Shown: piece after piece, positions 46,501-48,821 of the stretch
Layout: every line of letters starts with the position of its first letter
Position numbering within the stretch: position 1 is the first letter of the stretch
NCBI GenBank assembly: GCA_031973435.1
Contig: DALYDA010000003.1
Location: forward strand, 1-48,821
DNA: 48,821 nt
Direction of reading: 5' to 3'
From: Minisyncoccota bacterium
Lineage (GTDB): Bacteria; Patescibacteriota; Minisyncoccia; Phycocordibacterales; UBA9973
The notes under the pieces: generated by a model
Seen by the model: only the letters and a program-made list of their open reading frames with translations
The model's database searches: none
Told to the model about the DNA's origin: nothing
Translations under genes and position numbers: made by a program

Positions 46501-46726
46501 GGAACAATTTTTGGAAATTGTAGGTAATCAAAATAATAATCCTTCTCCAATCAGCGAAGAAGTGAATATTCCGAGCGAAGAAGGTGACATAGTTCCACAA
46601 GAGGAAACAGTCGATGAAAATGTCCCTCCATCAGAGGAAGAGGTTCCTCCAGAAGAAACCCTCGATGAAAATGTCCCTTCAATAGAGGATCAAATTTCCC
46701 CAGAAGAAATATCTCCAGAAAATTAA
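43586..46726 (+). CDS. large fibre protein with YadA-head-like repeats and an S74 intramolecular-chaperone domain
   Basis: Anchor sequence, repeats such as NTAVGLQAG/NIAIGRDAL/NVALGHQAG/NVFIGYEAG, and an S74 block SSDERLKENI...GVIAQEIMEIHPELV (from about nt 46091). GTG start. Confidence 0.8.
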   Translation: MKRFKKNSALAVIISVLFLSAIIKTYAVPSTYFTAGQTLDPVADDITCAPGVCSVYPISIGDPVGTGDDNSVLFIDTNGDIAEDSANFYFNDSTDTLYTDDITLANNLEITTTTSSTVGVVTKDATRFLHTYKPAGTNDNLFFGKGSGNFTLSATSNFNANTGIGENTLANLSTGYFNTALGTAALRSTTTGNNNTAVGLQAGNRISSGTYNIAIGRDALYGAASPFSASGSYNIAVGSATLYALLTGENNVALGHQAGLNSSSASNNVFIGYEAGHDITTESGNIFIGYQAGADATGSDQLYIENSNSPTPLIFGDFANDYVNINGRLGVGTSPLLKLDVAGSGRFTGSATSVLTGSIDPTASTTVTGVGTLFSTELVVGDRITVSGESRTVTAIASDTSLTVDTAFTDTADDVSPDKLAAIFVTRASDGTLAMVQNNFGNFGLGTSSPDFEVEIVSATQNVEIVSSGYNGRKPVFAGRSANGTEASPSATSANDILAEFAGQGYGTTGFAPSTTAGIRVVAEEAFDDAGYGSQLLFRTTPNNSTTLKSRMVIMADGNVGIGDTTPDDLLNLESSTNTGISISAIGADVDPYVKFELVDGTSSFIMGIDDSDSDSFKISTTALGTSDRFIIDSSGNINVGGDTTPGSLFSVGSTSQFQVGSSGSIDAVTTIMTSGAVTIASSGTGVLNVGTTAGTYRTTNAGGNISPQAVFDVDNSNSSSGSQAYIFDTTNGFVFSAANGTRRIARASIDIINLTNTAGSETGDLAFFTKPSGSAITEKMRIDSTGKVGIGDISPDYLLDIENTGSDTDIFALTDSDGSCLHNPEAGAESVTCSSDERLKENITDADESLPYLMDFRIREYDVRASGDHMMGVIAQEIMEIHPELVAVGGNGYYTVELPSTWAIVKGIQELNLKVEDISSLSLENENTLGARLVAWFADSANGIQTIFANVIHTNKVETNELCVGEVCVTEEQFLEIVGNQNNNPSPISEEVNIPSEEGDIVPQEETVDENVPPSEEEVPPEETLDENVPSIEDQISPEEISPEN
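46604..46705 (+). repeat. imperfect 2 x 51-bp tandem repeat encoding an acidic E/P-rich tail
   Basis: GAAACAGTCGATGAAAATGTCCCTCC... compared with GAAACCCTCGATGAAAATGTCCCTTC.... At protein level, ETVDENVPPSEEEVPPE / ETLDENVPSIEDQISPE. Confidence 0.7.
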
Positions 46727-46779
46727 AATATCAATCTAACTGTATCGCAAGATATTAATAGTTGATATAATGTTAAGGT

Positions 46780-48821
46780 ATGACTTTTTGTCGAAAGCAC
46801 ATTTTTTTAGGTGCACTAATCTCAACACTTTTCTTAGGGGCAGTTATAAAAACATATGCTGTTCCTTCAACATATTTTAATGCAGGTGAAACTCTAGATC
46901 CTGTAGCAGATGATGTAACTTGTGCACCTGGAGTTTGTAGTGTCCACTCTCTTTCTATTGGAGATACTGTTGGTAGTGGAAATGCTGCATCAGTCCTTTT
47001 CATCGATGATGCTGGGTTATTGGGTGAGGACAATGCAAATTTCCTGTATGATGCAACTAGCCGATATCTGCATTCAGACAATCTTGCACTTGCAAACAAT
47101 TTGGAAATCACCACAACTACTAGTTCAACTGTAGGTGTAATAACCAAGGATAATGTTAGATTCATACACACATATAAGCCTGCTGGAACAAATGACAACT
47201 TGTTTATAGGAAAGACAAGTGGTAACTTTACTCTGGCGGCTACATCAAATTTTAATGGAAATATCGGTATCGGACAGAGTGTCCTGACAAATCTATCAAG
47301 CGGATATTTTAATACTATATTAGGTGCTTATGCAGGAAACTCATTAACCACTGGATACTCAAATGTTTTTGTTGGTACACAGGCATCAAGAAACAATGCT
47401 ACTGGTTTGAGAAATGTCGCGGTTGGTGACGCTGCGCTCTACGGTAGTGGGCATTCGAATCATTCCTCCACGGACAATGTTTCAATTGGACAAAGTTCGA
47501 TGTATTTTACATCAACATCAGCAAGGAATATATCTATTGGTACAGAAGCTGGATACAACAATAGTTCTGCTTCAGACAATGTCTTTATTGGTTACCAATC
47601 TGGTCACGATATAACTACTGAGTCAGGCAACGTTTTTATTGGATACTTATCTGGTTCGGATGCAACTGGTTCGAATAAGTTGTATATAGAAAACAGTGCT
47701 AGTGAATCTCCGCTTATCTATGGAGATTTTGCTAGTAACTATATAAGAATAAATGGAGATTTAGGTGTTGGGGTTGTCCCTGATCAGTCACTTGATATTG
47801 ATGGAAATTTTGAGTTTCCTGCAACGGCTAGTTCATCGGTTGGAGTAATAATGCAAAATGGAGGAAGGTTCATACACACATACGGTACACAGAATTTATT
47901 TCTTGGTTTAAATGCAGGAAATTTCACCACATCAGGAGGAGGCGGAAATATTGGAATTGGTGAATCCACTTTGACCTCATTGACGATTGGTACTGAGAAT
48001 ATAATTATGGGAACTAGTGCAGCTGTAAATTTAACTTCTGGTTCAGGTAATGTTGCCATCGGTGTTGCTTCTTTGCAAGGATTTGGTACAGGTTCAAACA
48101 ATGTCGCTGTAGGTAATTTGTCTGGTCAATACTTAATCTCCGGTTCGAACAATATTTTTATTGGTTCGCGTGTGGGAACTTCCGATGATTTTTCTATGAG
48201 TAATAGCATTATTATTGGTAATAATTATGCTTTCTCAGATGATAGTTTAGATGCTACTACGAATATACTTGTAATTGATGGAGATATATCAGCAACCCCA
48301 CTTGTTTACGGAGACTTTACACTTAATACATTTAGCATAAATGGAGATTTTGGTGTTGGTGATACTACGCCTGACTACCTTGTTGATATCGAGGATATAT
48401 CAGTAGATACGGACATATTTGCCCTCACAGACAATGATGGCTCGTGTCTACATGATCCTGAAGCGGGAAGTGAAGTTGTAACTTGTTCCTCAGATGAAAG
48501 ATTAAAAGAAAACATAGTTGATGCCAGTGGAACTCTCGAGTATTTTAGAGGATTTAATATTAGGGAATATGACGTTGTTACAAGTGGAGATCATATGTTC
48601 GGAGTAATCGCTCAAGAAGTAAATGAAGTTTATCCCGAGTTAGTTAAGTTAGGCTCAAATGGGTACTTGTCAGTAGAAATACCTAGTACATGGGAAGTTA
48701 TCAAGGCAATACAGGAACTAGATCTTTCTATTGTAGATCTCACATCACTTGATTTAGAAAATGAGAACTCGCTAGCAAGCATGTTGATCGGGTGGTTTGC
48801 AGATTCAACAAACGGAATACA
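46780..48821 (+). CDS. third fibre paralogue with S74 domain; 3' end runs off the window
   Basis: Absent from the ORF track because it has no stop in the window. My translation from ATG 46780 (MTFCRKHIFLGALISTLFLGAVIKTYAVPSTYFNAGETLDPVADDVTCAPGVCSV...) parallels 43586..46726. S74 block SSDERLKENIVD starts at about nt 48490. Frame stays open to 48821. Confidence 0.8.
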   Translation, partial: MTFCRKHIFLGALISTLFLGAVIKTYAVPSTYFNAGETLDPVADDVTCAPGVCSVHSLSIGDTVGSGNAASVLFIDDAGLLGEDNANFLYDATSRYLHSDNLALANNLEITTTTSSTVGVITKDNVRFIHTYKPAGTNDNLFIGKTSGNFTLAATSNFNGNIGIGQSVLTNLSSGYFNTILGAYAGNSLTTGYSNVFVGTQASRNNATGLRNVAVGDAALYGSGHSNHSSTDNVSIGQSSMYFTSTSARNISIGTEAGYNNSSASDNVFIGYQSGHDITTESGNVFIGYLSGSDATGSNKLYIENSASESPLIYGDFASNYIRINGDLGVGVVPDQSLDIDGNFEFPATASSSVGVIMQNGGRFIHTYGTQNLFLGLNAGNFTTSGGGGNIGIGESTLTSLTIGTENIIMGTSAAVNLTSGSGNVAIGVASLQGFGTGSNNVAVGNLSGQYLISGSNNIFIGSRVGTSDDFSMSNSIIIGNNYAFSDDSLDATTNILVIDGDISATPLVYGDFTLNTFSINGDFGVGDTTPDYLVDIEDISVDTDIFALTDNDGSCLHDPEAGSEVVTCSSDERLKENIVDASGTLEYFRGFNIREYDVVTSGDHMFGVIAQEVNEVYPELVKLGSNGYLSVEIPSTWEVIKAIQELDLSIVDLTSLDLENENSLASMLIGWFADSTNGI

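Noticed and set aside
43849-48101. Numerous minus-strand ORFs inside the fibre genes, including 43849..44229, 44548..44889, 45100..45549, 46773..47198 and 47784..48101.
   Set aside because: All lie antisense to long, motif-supported plus-strand CDSs. The repetitive Gly/Asn/Thr codons keep the opposite strand open.
1-48821. CRISPR arrays, rRNA genes, and stop-codon reassignment (UGA recoding as in some CPR lineages).
   Set aside because: I noticed no regularly spaced direct repeats and no rRNA-like conserved stretches. Conserved proteins such as SecD, PheT and the helicase read through intact under the standard code, with TGA used as a stop.

Overview
The window is a low-GC, gene-dense bacterial stretch. 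By inference it looks like a reduced, CPR/Patescibacteria-like genome: it has short PheS/PheT and many N-terminally anchored hypothetical proteins, and ORFs read through under the standard code. All product calls come from motifs I recognise by eye; no searches were run.

Layout:
- 1-15.4 kb (+ strand): housekeeping and envelope genes, namely an M6-like metalloprotease, a SEDS protein, folD, a PAP2 phosphatase, secDF, lemA, an SPFH protein, htpX and an NhaP-type antiporter.
- 15.6-16.0 kb: two type-II tRNA-Ser genes.
- 16.0-20.0 kb: a compact mobile element.
- 20-38 kb: mixed accessory, redox and repair genes (nhaB, ndh, msrB, DoxX, an M15 peptidase, tag, a desaturase, a UvrD-nuclease fusion, an ATL protein, trhO) plus small secreted or anchored proteins separated by hairpin terminators.
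- 38.9-48.8 kb: pheS/pheT flanked by three paralogous fibre proteins carrying S74 intramolecular-chaperone domains.

The main finding is the 3,974-bp element at 16006-19979, inserted at the 3' end of a tRNA-Ser. It encodes a large serine recombinase. Its two termini are the separated, inverted halves of one continuous 324-bp internal block. That gives perfect inverted repeats of 120 bp and 209 bp that share a CCGCA core with the tRNA end. The element also carries an XRE operon behind a 26-bp palindrome centred on TATAAT, and a ~540-bp GC-rich, heavily self-complementary non-coding block bracketed by its own 26-bp perfect inverted repeat.

I read this as a possibly undescribed flip-flop integrative element with an associated structured RNA or DNA module. 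Assembly artefact must be excluded by read mapping.
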